A stretch of 63,882 nt of DNA, counting the filler, from Choristocarpus tenellus KU-1152 (lineage: Eukaryota > Protista > Phaeophyceae): the NCBI GenBank assembly GCA_964200185.2. It is 13 parts of 13 records of this genome, joined end to end, with 100 filler letters (N's around TTAATTAATTAA, not from the genome) between each part and the next. Parts side by side here need not be neighbours in the genome. Positions count along the whole stretch, not along the records: positions 35,483 to 39,478 come from CAXNAD020016757.1; positions 39,579 to 42,574 come from CAXNAD020023049.1; positions 42,675 to 47,019 come from CAXNAD020015004.1; positions 47,120 to 52,913 come from CAXNAD020009737.1; 9 more parts are not named here. One strand, 5' to 3'. A program made the position numbers and the translations under genes. Numbering within the stretch: position 1 is the stretch's first letter; the number at the start of each line of letters is the position of its first letter. Shown one piece after another: positions 38,287-50,062 of the stretch. The notes beneath the pieces were generated by a model. That model saw only the letters and a list, made by a program, of their open reading frames with translations, did not search any database and was not told where the DNA came from.

Positions 38287-39396
38287 CACAAATATGTGTA
38301 TCTAGCAGCAACACTATAGTTGCTAGGAATGTTGGGTCCTTCTACCATGATGTATATATTTGGGCAAACCTTTATTCATGCAATCTATGTTTTGTCTGTG
38401 CTGAAACAATCGGTGAGAGTTGTCTCAGTGCATTGAATGACGTTAGACTTCTGTCCAAATGTGGCTTGCTAGAAACGTATTTTTTGACCTGTCGTCTTGC
38501 TGCCAAGCTTTTGGAGCTGTTTTTCTGTTGATAACATGGTGTAGGGATGACAGGAGGGGTGGGGTGGGAGAGGGAGGGGCATGTAGAGTGTTTAGTGGTT
38601 ATTTTTTAATGTTGAGATTAAGGGTGGGGACTGATGAGACCTTACCTGGGCGTGACTTGGATTGGGGATTGTGTTGGACTCTAAGTTACAGTATTTATTT
38701 TCAATTTTAGTGGGTTGCTTTAGCCTTGAGTAACCATCCAATTGTTGGAACCGATTCACCAGAGTTGTGTATATATAGTGACACATGCAAACACACACAG
38801 CAAACCATTTAGTCTATTGTTGATGCAGAATTGAACTAAAACCGTCAATATTGTACTGTATCTCTCTCTTTAGTGATAATGCAGTGGTATTGATGTAGAT
38901 GAAGGGGTGTTGGGAGAGCTACAGGGAAAAAACTTACTTCACAGACTCAATGTGTCACACTTGCATTATATAGTATATAATATAAAATCGATATTAGCTA
39001 CAATTATACCTTGTCACATATTGTATGTATGGCACGTTAACAAGCGAGAATAATTGAGTTCTTCAGCATCAGATAGACTGCACTATACAGAGAAGGAAAG
39101 GTTGGTTCATACGATACCTTATCAATGAACCAGTTGGAGACGCACGTCCCTGGAACTTTCTGCAACTCTACGATTTTCCTCAATTTAAAATGATTTTCCC
39201 TGGATTCTTGAAGCAGTCGGATGGATGCATTTCGACACCTTCGCTTGCATGCCCGTATCATTTTTTGTGTACAAAAAAAGCCTCAGGTAACCCTTCTGAT
39301 GAGGAATTGAGTCCCTATTGACACACCCTATCAACTGATCACACTACAGCTTCGCTTGGGCACATACAATATGCAAATTGAATCCAACACCCTCTC

Positions 39397-39430
<34 letters not shown>

Positions 39431-39810
39431 TTCTTCTTTTCTTTTTTCTTTCTCTTCTCCACACCTTCTCTTTCTTCCNNNNNNNNNNNNNNNNNNNNNN
39501 NNNNNNNNNNNNNNNNNNNNNNTTAATTAATTAANNNNNNNNNNNNNNNNNNNNNNNNNNNNNNNNNNNNNNNNNNNNCAAGATGATAACGTGTAATTGC
39601 CTTCCCCCTCGCCCGGCCCCAAGAGACACCCCCATTTTCCCCCCCCCCCCCCCCCCCCCCAGATACTTTGAGCCATCTGTCGCATCTATATGTCACTTGA
39701 CCCTGCTCTCACTGCTTCCTTTGTGCCCAACAACTGATTTGCGAATACCACTCAACATTGATCCATATTCTCGTTCTCCCAGATCTACACTAGAGTGATA
39801 ACAACTACAG

Positions 39811-41591
39811 CAGGGGAGTTCTCTGTTAGGTCCTTCAAGTTCACAGACAACATGAGATATGCTTCACTGTATCTCCTTTTTAGCTACTTTTGGACGAGCG
39901 AGTTTATATTGGCATTGGGACAGATTGTGGTAGCCATGTCAGTGGCTACTTGGTACTTCACACGAGATAAGAACAAAATAGGGTCTGGCACAGTAGGGCA
40001 AGCTCTGTGGAGGTCTGTGTGGTACCACTCAGGGACAGCAGCTTTTGGCTCGCTTATCATTGCCATCGTCAAAACCATACGGGCCATTGTCGCTTACTTT
40101 CAGAAAAAGGCCAAGGACTCTGGAAACAAGATTGTGCAGGCAGGTGACATCAATGTGTAGAGATAGGATCTAGATTGAGAGGATTGGGGTAGGGGAATCA
40201 TGTGAAGTTTTAGTTGTCGTGAGTTTGGGAGAATAGAGTTGCATATGAGGTACAACCCTTTATCTGTCCTCCTCTCTTCATCTCTAACCTTTCCCTATAT
40301 GGAGGGATTGCTCCCCCTGCTGAGGGATTGAGAATTTAATCTTCTCTAGGTTAATGGATGTAGTTTCCTCATCTTCCCATCTTCAAACTGTGACCACCCT
40401 TCCACGACCTAGGCAATCCTCTGTTGTGTCCAATGCTGCCTGTGGTGCCTGGAGAAGTGCATGAAGTTCCTGAACAAGAATGCCTACATACAGACAGCAA
40501 TGTTTGGCTACAACTTCTGCAAGGCAGCCAAGAAGGCATTCTTCCTCATCGCTCGGAATATTGCACGTGTTGGATCTATTTCGGTGGTTTCTGAGATTGT
40601 ACTCATCATTGGAATCGTGGTGACCCCCTTATGCTCCACTTTTCTCTTCTACATCATGGTAGACTACCAACTTGGGGATGACTTACATGGCCTGGTTGGT
40701 GTCAGCATGGTTGTCTTCATTGCGTCCGCTTTCATGGGCAAGATGTTCACAGAGGTTTGTGTGGGGGGGTGTTGAATATATGTCATTAGAACTCCAGACA
40801 GATAAATAAGTAACTCACTTTTTTGTAATGCAAGGCAACACACTATAAGGCTTGCCACACTACAATGTTTGACAATCTTTTTGTAGCAGCCAATACAAAT
40901 TTGGTTCAGTTTTGATACAAGTGCTCATGGGACATAGATCAGATGAAATATACTTTATTTTTGTACGTTTCTTGGACTACATTGACCCTTTTGATATCAC
41001 CACTTTAAATGGTCCGTTTTGCTCTCCTTCTAGACATGTTTTCTCTTGTAATACTGCCAACTATTTCATTTTTTGTATCCTTTGACCTACCTGACGACTC
41101 TTATTCCCATCAAATATTTGCACATTATCAATTGCAGCAGTACTCTTGCTCGCTCAAACCTGAATTCTCTCCACCCACCACATACACCTCCCCCCAGTCA
41201 CCCTGGTTCATTACCCCTCTTCCTTTCCCTACACCCTACCTCATTCCTTTTGTGTTCTTTCTTTCACATTGTTCCCAACAATATCCCTGCCCGTGTCGAT
41301 GGCTATTCCCCTAACTTTCCTATCCAAGATTTTGTCATTCCCCTTTCTCACCTCCTCGTTGTCGTTACTGTACACCCTTCTGTGGATTGACAGGTGCTCG
41401 GCATGGCAATATCCACTATACTACAGTGCTTCCTTGCAGATGAGGAAATGTTTGATGATGACCATCGCTTTGGAGAGGGAGACCTTCCAGCACTCATAGA
41501 GCATGCAAATGATGGAGGCAGTGGTCCTCACGGTTCAAAAGTGGCTGCTGCCAATGGAGGTGGAGGCAAGCAGGAAAACGAATTTCCATGA
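39811..41591 (+). CDS. CTL1: Choline transporter-like protein (CTL/SLC44), 3' part
   Basis: Exons ~39811-40139, 40413-40754, 41394-41591. Motifs FWTSEFILALGQ, VATWYF, YHSGTAAFGSLIIAIV, CCLWCLEKCMKFLNKNAYIQTA, FCKAAKKAFFLIARN, TILQCFLADEE. Confidence 0.93.
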
Positions 41592-42501
41592 CTTGCAGAG
41601 GTTACCAGTCTGGGAGAACAGGTGAAGATGAGGCAGTCCGCATTCTCCACCACCATCTACTTCTAACATTCAACCTTCAGCACATCCGGTGTGCTGCATC
41701 ATATACCTGGGAAGCAGGGAGCTCTCTATTTTTTCCATCTCCCAAACAAACAAGCTAGGTGCTGGAGGTGCAGGAAGTTGGGGTGGCGTAAGGGTATTTT
41801 TTTGTAGGCGCATGAAAATAAATATTTGTGACTATTGAGTTTGATCTGAAAGGCTGAAGAAACAAATCACTTGGGAGAATATAGATATGTGGGTGCTGCG
41901 CCTGGGTGAAAACTACAAATATATTTATACATTCTCTGGAGATACTTTGTAGCATGTATAGTATCATTGGCGCCACATTTACTCACCAATAAATTAGACA
42001 GCACCAAACACTCATAGCAAATGCATTATATATTTCATCAGTCCACAGTATTCATTGCTGATGTCACTGGGGGCTGCTACACTAACAAGCCTCAATCACA
42101 GGCCAAACGTTTCAGGTTTAAGCTTGTTGTTGGTTGATTTTTGTTGGCCAAGGTGCAGCATGAGCCAGTGTGCCCATGTCTTTGGTGGTGTGCCTTGTTT
42201 ATAATCAAATTCTTGGTGATTGGATGAATTATGAGAGGGTGATGATCTGATTAGATTCATTTTTTCGTTTTTGCAAGTTAAAAATAATTCTTATTCACAC
42301 AGTACTCCACTCTTATGCTGGACTTGCCTAGAGAACAAACCTGGGAAGCACTCACTGTTGTGGTGGTTGGATGTGGAGGAAAGCAGCTATTTATATAATA
42401 CCTCTAAGTATGTTAACACTTTTTTAGCCACAAACAACTTAACTCATCAATGTGCCACAACGTGCACTAGAAAAATTTGTAAATGTATCTAATCCTGAGA
42501 G

Positions 42502-42574
42502 GGCTCAAAGTATCTGGGAGGGGGTGGCGGCTGTCCATTTGGAGTCAATTTTTTCATGTCACGACTTTTGGGTG
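42502..42574. mobile_element. 5' part of MITE subfamily A truncated by linker
   Basis: GGCTCAAAGTATCTGGGAGGGGGTGGCGGCTGTCCATTTGG matches the left part of the 894-1164 copy. Confidence 0.78.
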
Positions 42575-43483
42575 NNNNNNNNNNNNNNNNNNNNNNNNNN
42601 NNNNNNNNNNNNNNNNNNTTAATTAATTAANNNNNNNNNNNNNNNNNNNNNNNNNNNNNNNNNNNNNNNNNNNNACAAGTAACAAAAAAAGACCAAAATT
42701 ATTTGATAAAAAAAAAAGGGAAGGGAGAAGAAAATGGGGGGGGTTGGGGTGGTGGGGGGGGGGGGGGGGGGGGGGGGGGGGGATAGTTCCAAGTCTGGGG
42801 AATGCAAGCTATGTGGTTTTACCCTATGATGTTGTGAGGGATTGTGAGAGGCAAGGGACTGGAATAGGGAGGGGGGAGGGGGTAGAAGGAGATAAAGGTA
42901 GTTGATGCAATATGGTAGCTAGAGACAACATTTGTATAGAGAGGATCTACATGTGATGTGCTTTCAATGGGGAAAATGAAAGAAGTGGGGGGTAAAGGCA
43001 GGTCGGTTGCAGCATATGATTTGTTCATGGAAGGTATGGAATGGACCTGATTCTATGTGATCACAGGCTTTTTTAGACAGGAGATCCAAGCAGGTGCTAT
43101 GAAATCAAGAATACACAAATCAGTGGAACAAAGTGTGAAGCATGGGTGATTTGGAGGAGGGTGGGGAGAGGTAGATAGAGGACTTAGTTGATATCCTACA
43201 ATCTGGAGGGCTATCATGTGGCAGATACACACACACACACACACACACATGCGTGGATAAAAAATGGAAGGACATAGCTTCGTCGCCCTTTTCTCCCCCT
43301 TGTGCTCCATTGTACGTTTAGCATTGAAGGTAAGGATATACCTATTCCTATGTTCCTATTCATCTTGCCACTGCCATAGAACCTCCAACCTCACAATCCT
43401 TTAGTTTATAACTTCATGCCCGATAATTCAGACAGAAATCATCTCCCCCACTCCAAACACACAGAACAGAGTTGCCCTCTCAC

Positions 43484-44520
43484 CTCATCTAGCCTCATGG
43501 GCATAGTACAAATGAAGGGCTTCACCCTGGTTGTACTTTGGTAGTTGGAAGCCCGGAACCTGCGGCGTACATTCTTGTCATCTAAAACCTGAACCTCAAA
43601 AGTGAAATACTTCTTGAGATTCTTCAGGATCATTACAAGGAAGGGGAGTTTTATGCCCAGGGTCTTGTGGGCATCTGCCGGGCAAGTTATAAATGTGGTT
43701 GATACGTTTGTCCCTACAATCTCCAGGACAGAGGACTGGATATCCTGGTCTGTGATACGCTTGATGTGCCCATTGCGAACCTTCTTATCCCATATTTGCA
43801 GCGGTTTAGATCTAGCTCGGGTCGTGTCAGTTCGGGTTGGGTCGTTGGATTCCAGACAGTCAGGAGAGGCGCAGGGAACAAGATCAGAAGATGAGGTTCA
43901 GAGGACAAGAGGCGTAGGGTCCAGGGCACATAGCGTAGAGCGTAAGTAGTAATGAGGGCAATGTTATTCAACGATTTCGCTAGCGGGAATGAATAGGAGA
44001 AACAAGCACGGTCTTTGCCGAGAGTTCGTATCCTGCTTGTCTATGATTGTTCTCATCTGTGGGATTTGTAGAATGGGTAGGAGGCAAGAATGGATCCACG
44101 AGGGGATATAGGGTAGGTTACAACGGCGTGAGTGATGCTGGAGAGGCACTGATGAAGCAATTGGTAAGTTCGCATGTACGTGACCTCAGTTCTTAAGCAG
44201 GGTGGGTGGAACGTGAACCCAGAAAGCGTACGAGGGGAAGTTGCCATCCAACGCCTACTGCATGAGCAGTCCCTCTCAGCATCAACGGGCAATGGGGATA
44301 TGAAAGTTCATGAGAGTAAAAGATCTTCACACAGATGTAACCTCCTGCATAAGAAATCCAAGTGATCGATCCTTCCCCACATGTTTACACATCTCCACTA
44401 CCACCACGGATTGATAGAAGTGTCCCTACGGGCCCTTGGTCACAAAGAGCAACTACGCCGATCTCACCCAATGCTGTACAGGATGGAGAGAAATCCAGAC
44501 TGGAAAGTATTGCGGAACAT
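43484..44520 (-). CDS. CFAP20: Cilia- and flagella-associated protein 20 (BUG22), first two exons
   Basis: Exon 44520-44468 encodes [18 protein letters not shown]. Exon 43811-43484 encodes [21 protein letters not shown]...[59 protein letters not shown]. Near-invariant CFAP20 sequence; the rest is not found before the linker. Confidence 0.96.
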
Positions 44521-46523
44521 GACCAAGACGTAATGGGCTCCCACAAGGCTGATGACCTTCCTCCCTCCCCTTGTGCCCCCTCACCAGATCAGTATCCAAT
44601 GTGCGTTCCTCGACCCCACTAGGGAAAAGCGAAGCCCTAGAGCACGAAGAACAACCCTACTTCCTAGTCAGACTAATAAATGATCACCCTAGGCTTGTCA
44701 AGGTCGCCACTTTCTATCCCTGGTAGTGCACCACTTGTGTGTACCCAGATCACCTCATCCCTCTCTTCTTCTGAATTAACAGTTTCAGTTTTGGGACAGG
44801 CATACATACACGCCTTCACGAAAATAATTTTTTTCCTGTTCCTTCCTTCCTTCCTCCCCATCCATCCAACCCACCAATGCAGAGTTTAGTTATCTAGTTA
44901 CCTCCCACTACTTATGATACTTACAAATACTATATACGACGTAATTGTTCCCACACCTTACAATTATTGTATACACTACTTCACTAAACTTAGCTTTAGT
45001 TCTAACATCATGTATGGTACGATCTACTTACTCGTAGAGGAATTGCAATACTGGGTGTTGAGTTTTTCTAATCTAGTAGATCGAAGAACTCAATATAATA
45101 TAGGGTTCCAGGGTCTTTGGCTTCCTTCTTTGCCGTTGTGGAAATGAGTTATTATTGTACAAATGACCCAAGCCAATTGAGAGGTGGAAAGGGTTGCATT
45201 CTAACGATCTCGAGAAACGGCAAGTAGAGATATTTTGAACAGTTCCAGAAAGACCGTTTCCTTAATTGCGATATGACTTTGTGCAAAAGGAGGAATGTCA
45301 ATTTTGCATACACTATCATGCACATAAAGCAATAAAATGGTGTATTGCACAGGATTATGACAGATGGTTTGGTATGCAAAAGGTCCAAACCTGCCTAACC
45401 TCTCAATCACTTGGTTTGGCTTTTCATTGTCTGCAAAACACACAAAAAAAATAGTGTAATGTAACAGTAGTAGCAGCAGTTGCTCCTCACCTTCTAAATG
45501 TAACCATTTGTATCCTTCAGTGTGGCATTTCCGTCCTCAAGGTCTCGCTAATGTATTTCCAGGGTCCACAACTATGAACAAACCACACATACACTGGCTT
45601 GACCCTTAAAGAAAAACGTAAGTATAACTACAGTTTCTCCTAGCGCGTTAGTGTAGAACATGTTCAATCTCATGTTGTATCCTTCGAAGGCGATAGCTTA
45701 CCACCCATTACGCAGGGGATCAACACAACCACCAGAAGACAATCTCAACACAAGGAGCCAAGTACTACCCAAACACCTGTTTTACTTCTTGTGTTTGAGG
45801 GTGCAGTCAAGAAGGGGATCCCTTGGGCATCTACACCTTGGCAAGCCCACTCACCAGAAAATTCACAGAAAAAAACTCTTGTGGTGCTTCTCCTCCTCTG
45901 CACCACCTTACCAAACACGATACTTCACTTTTGTAGCTGGTTTGAAGGGATGACATCACCACAATGGGAGACACTTCCAATATTGCGCATACACCCTATT
46001 CTGTCAATGGATTCTCATCACGTTCTTGTATAACATCCCAGCAGTTTCATTCATTTCAACTGCTGAAATCGAAGTTTATTGCCAAACTTTTTAACACACA
46101 TACACACACACAAAACATTTGTACAACAGCACCTTGAGAACCCAAAAAAAAAAAGACTCAAAAAAGGGAAGGGGCAAGGCTTGAGTTAAAGTCACCACTC
46201 ACCCACAAACCTACTACCCAAAACTGCACACAAGGCAACACTCTCTCAACCAACATGATCCACAAACCATCTATTACTAATACCACACCCCCTCGACAAC
46301 AAAGCAAAAGAAATAACAACAACAACAACAACCAAAAAAGTCTTATCCATCTGTAGCGCACAAAACCAAACAGCAAAGCACCTGACCGCCAGAGCAAGCA
46401 CTCGCAGCCAAATCCACTCCAAAAAAAGAAAAAACACAACCCTACAAACTGTATATCCTCCCCCTCCCCCTCCCCCCATGCATCCTATCTGTCACCCACA
46501 ACAACGCCTTGCAAGAGCAACCC

Positions 46524-46975
46524 TCATCCTCCTTCTACAGTCGACGCGGCCAACCCTGCCCTCTCCCTGGCTCGCCGGTGCTTTTCCATCTTCTTGGACA
46601 ATTTCTTCCTCGCCGTCTTGCTCAGTTCCCTCCCATCACCAGCGTAACGCGTGGGCATGCCCGTCGGGTCAAACGCCTCAAACATACCCTTGTACTCCCC
46701 CTCCCGGAAAAACTCCTCCGGTGGCACCAACACCCTCGCCCTCCTTTCCTCGTCCTTCCTCTTCCGCACCTCCAAGTCAACCGCATCAGCACTGTTCAAG
46801 TTGTTGTGAGGTGCCACGTCACCGCCCTCCACCGCCCCAGAGCGATCCTCAGGTAAAGGAGGAGGCCGGCGTGTCCAACGGCACGTTCCATCTGCCTTGT
46901 CCACGAGGTCAAGGCCCAAGCGGCTCAGCGCGCCATCCCGGATGTCATCACATAGCCTAAGCGCTTCCCTGTCCA
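46524..46975 (-). CDS. CARS: Cysteinyl-tRNA synthetase, eukaryotic-type C-terminal region (last exon)
   Basis: LRLCDDIRDGALSRLGLDLVD (CDxxRD..LG..L.D pattern) and VPPEEFFR..Y..FDPTGMPT...GRELSKTARKKLSK match the eukaryotic CysRS C-terminal extension. 5' boundary uncertain. Confidence 0.78.
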
Positions 46976-47119
46976 AAAGCCACAATCGATTTTTTTTTTT
47001 TCAAAAAAAAGTTTGAGAANNNNNNNNNNNNNNNNNNNNNNNNNNNNNNNNNNNNNNNNNNNNTTAATTAATTAANNNNNNNNNNNNNNNNNNNNNNNNN
47101 NNNNNNNNNNNNNNNNNNN

Positions 47120-47296
47120 CCGATTTGTGGGGGGGGGGGGGCGGGGTCAACACCAGGGTGTCCATTTGGGACAACACCAGGAAAAGTGCACTTACCTTAT
47201 CCATCCGATATATGCAACCAAATCACCCTAACCCTCGCGATACGAAAAAATGGACCCCAAATGGACAGCCGCCACCCCCTCCCAGATACTTGAGCC
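47120..47296. mobile_element. MITE subfamily A, reverse orientation, at contig start
   Basis: CACCAGGGTGTCCATTTGG...CCAAATGGACAGCCGCCACC...CAGATACTTGAGCC is the reverse complement of subfamily A. Confidence 0.78.
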
Positions 47297-49031
47297 CTGT
47301 TTGGGAGTACACTTGAGGGATGTAGCACCAGGGCAACAAACCGAAGTCGTGCACCTGGTGGCACAACGAGTTTAATGGTTAATGAAATGGCACAGTGGCA
47401 TTCCAAAAAAGGTGTGATCGCTAATTCACATCATGCTATACAGCAAAAACTAAATTGGTAGCCCAACAAGCAACCACCACCACCTCTACTACTGCCTGTT
47501 GAATGCTACTTTCTCTAGTATTTCTCTTTTGGGGTTGATCTTTCTTGCTTGCCTCTTCATATTTTCCCTTTTGTTCCCTATTGCGTGTCACGTGTGTGAT
47601 GAGCGAGTGATATTGATTTCAACCTCGATGCACCTGATATAACTCGAGTTGTTTGCTAGTGGTGTAGTGCATTCACCTACGGACTCTCTCTGGTTATCCT
47701 CCCTTGTAGATACATTGGGTAAGTCAGTGACCAGTCTGGGAAAATGCTTTAATATAAAAAAACGCTGCACCATCATCACGTATCACACAAGAGAAAAGAG
47801 GACGCAATAATGATTAACCCAACAAGATAAGCACATTGGGAAAAACAGCATCCTTCAGCAGCCAGTGGTGGTAGCGTTTGCTTCAGCTGTCCTAAATGCT
47901 GTTCCAGCCTGACGTACATCAGCTACCACAGCTTCCTTGGAATGCCACTTGGCCATAAAAGTGGCTATGTCGCTAACCACACCTTTGTTGGTTGCCCTTG
48001 TCATCCTCCCACCATTGTTATCCCAGACTCGACGTTTTCGTGCAGGCACATCCACCTCCCTCTGTTGAAACCTGAATCGAATGAGTAGTGCTTTCGTGTG
48101 AAATTATTAATTTGTGATGCGAAGAGGTGTCATAGTGCCGTAAAGCACCGGTGAATTTGTTCTGTTGAAACTGAGGTTATTGCTTGTTCAGTCACAAGAT
48201 GGATGGTGTGAACGAAGTGATATTTCTTGACACACTCAAAGGAAGAAATTCATGCTCTAAGAAGTGGCTTGTTACCTTGGCGGACAAGGGTTTCTTTGGA
48301 TGTTTTAACTCTGAATATATGGCATCCAATTGTGTATCAGGTACACTTAAAGCAGAGTGAGCATGGTGTATTATGCGGGGGCAATGCCAACCAAGAAAAA
48401 TTAATAATCAACAATTAACGTGCAGCTGGAGCCTTCTCCTGTTAAGAAGAAAGAAAAACACGAAAACAAAGTAACAATAGAACAAACTTGAATCAATATC
48501 TGCAAAATGCGTGCCCCCCCAACATTAGCACATTGGGATATTGTTAATCCCTCATGCGTGCAACTGACCCTGCACATACGAGTATCCGTTTTTCACACCG
48601 TTATCTCAATGTTCTCATACCCAGCCTTCACAATGAGGGCATCTTTGCAGGACAGGGTGTGATCGGTGCGTTTCCATTTTGTTGAGGAATCACATGCATG
48701 CAGTGCAAGAGGATTTGAGGTCATGGGGGAAGAGAAGCTTCATGTGGTAGTTGACCTGTCAAGGTTTCCGTGTCACACGACCAACCATGTAAAAACAAAA
48801 CCTCAGGTAGTATTGGATAGAGCATTCGGATCTTAAGGTACCAATCAGGTGAGTGGCGTCCTGTCATATTTTAAGTAGAGCACTTGGTTGTTTTTTGGAA
48901 ACAACTCCAACCTCTTGGCCTTCATTGAACTATAAGTATACACAACAACCGAATCCTGAGCGGGTCGTATGCGAGGTACCCAAGGCATCTGTGGACCTGA
49001 GCATCCATTGGGGTGTTTGCACAAAATCAAA

Positions 49032-50062
49032 TATGTTTGTGATAGCTACGGCTCAAAGTATCTGGTGGCTGTCCATTTGGGGCCAGGTTTTTCATCTTGC
49101 GATTTTTTGGTGATTCGGCTGCATACGTCGGATGGATAATGTAAGTGCACCTTTCCTGGTTATGGGCCAAATGGACACCCTGGTGCAGACCCCCCCCCAC
49201 AGAAACTTTGGGTCTACCATCCTGTCAAGGTATACATTTAAAGGGCCCTTCCTATAGAAGGTATACCTCAAAGTCTGTTTCCTCATATCACATAACCATT
49301 CTTCCTGATGACGTAATTATGGAGTTGTTGGGTAGAGCCTCTCTCGTTTACCTTGCAAGTTCACTCCTTCCCTGAGTGGCCTTCTGAGGTTTGTTCACCC
49401 TCCTACCTTTTTTCTTTATTTTTTCTTCCGCCTGAGGGTCTTCCCGCTCCCTCTCCAGTCTGAAGAACCTGTCTGCCCGTTTCCAACTGTTTCAGATCGT
49501 ATCATTAATTGTACTATTTTTTCTTACAATGTGGTAGTATTATTATATGGTACTATATATTATTATGCCCTCTGATATTTTGTAGATGTGTCAGGGAAAA
49601 AGCCAAATCAACATCATAAGGACCCCTGTAAAAGGAACAGTTGTAAATGTGAAAGATATCTCTCCAAAATTTACTTACTATTTGACTACCAGCTATAATA
49701 TACCACACCCCTGCTAGTCCTCCAACCTAGCTCAGCCCTACCCCATAGGGCGAGGAGCTAGGGAAGAATCCCAAGAATCTGAATGACCCCTCCTTGTCCA
49801 TCTCCCTGCTGTCTCCAGCTTATAACGCATGACTTGTCTTGATAAGGTAGGAGGGTGAGCAACCTTCGGAAGGTCCCTCAGAGAAGGAGTGAACAGGGAA
49901 GGTCAATGAGGGAGGCTTGGAAGCTCTACTCAACAACTCCATATTGACGTCATCAGGAAAAAATGCTCATATGATATGAGGAAACAGACCTTGAGGTATA
50001 CCTTCTACAGGAAGGGCCCTTTAAAGGTATACCTTAGTAGGAAGGTAGCTATTACAAACATA
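49032..50062. repeat. ~1 kb element with ~210-bp imperfect terminal inverted repeats (foldback/long-TIR non-autonomous transposon)
   Basis: 49032-49409, minus the nested MITE, is the reverse complement of 49844-50062 (e.g. AAAGGGCCCTTCCTATAGAAGGTATACCTCAA vs TTGAGGTATACCTTCTACAGGAAGGGCCCTTT). Confidence 0.8.
49050..49214. mobile_element. MITE subfamily A nested in a larger inverted-repeat element
   Basis: GGCTCAAAGTATCTG...AGAAACTTTGGGTC flanked by TAC/TAC. The uninterrupted empty site is visible in the opposite arm near 50040-50062. Confidence 0.85.

Noticed and set aside
47855-48055. Possible 3' end of a LINE ORF2 (FMAKWHSKE...R)
   Set aside because: Too short and degenerate to support without a search.
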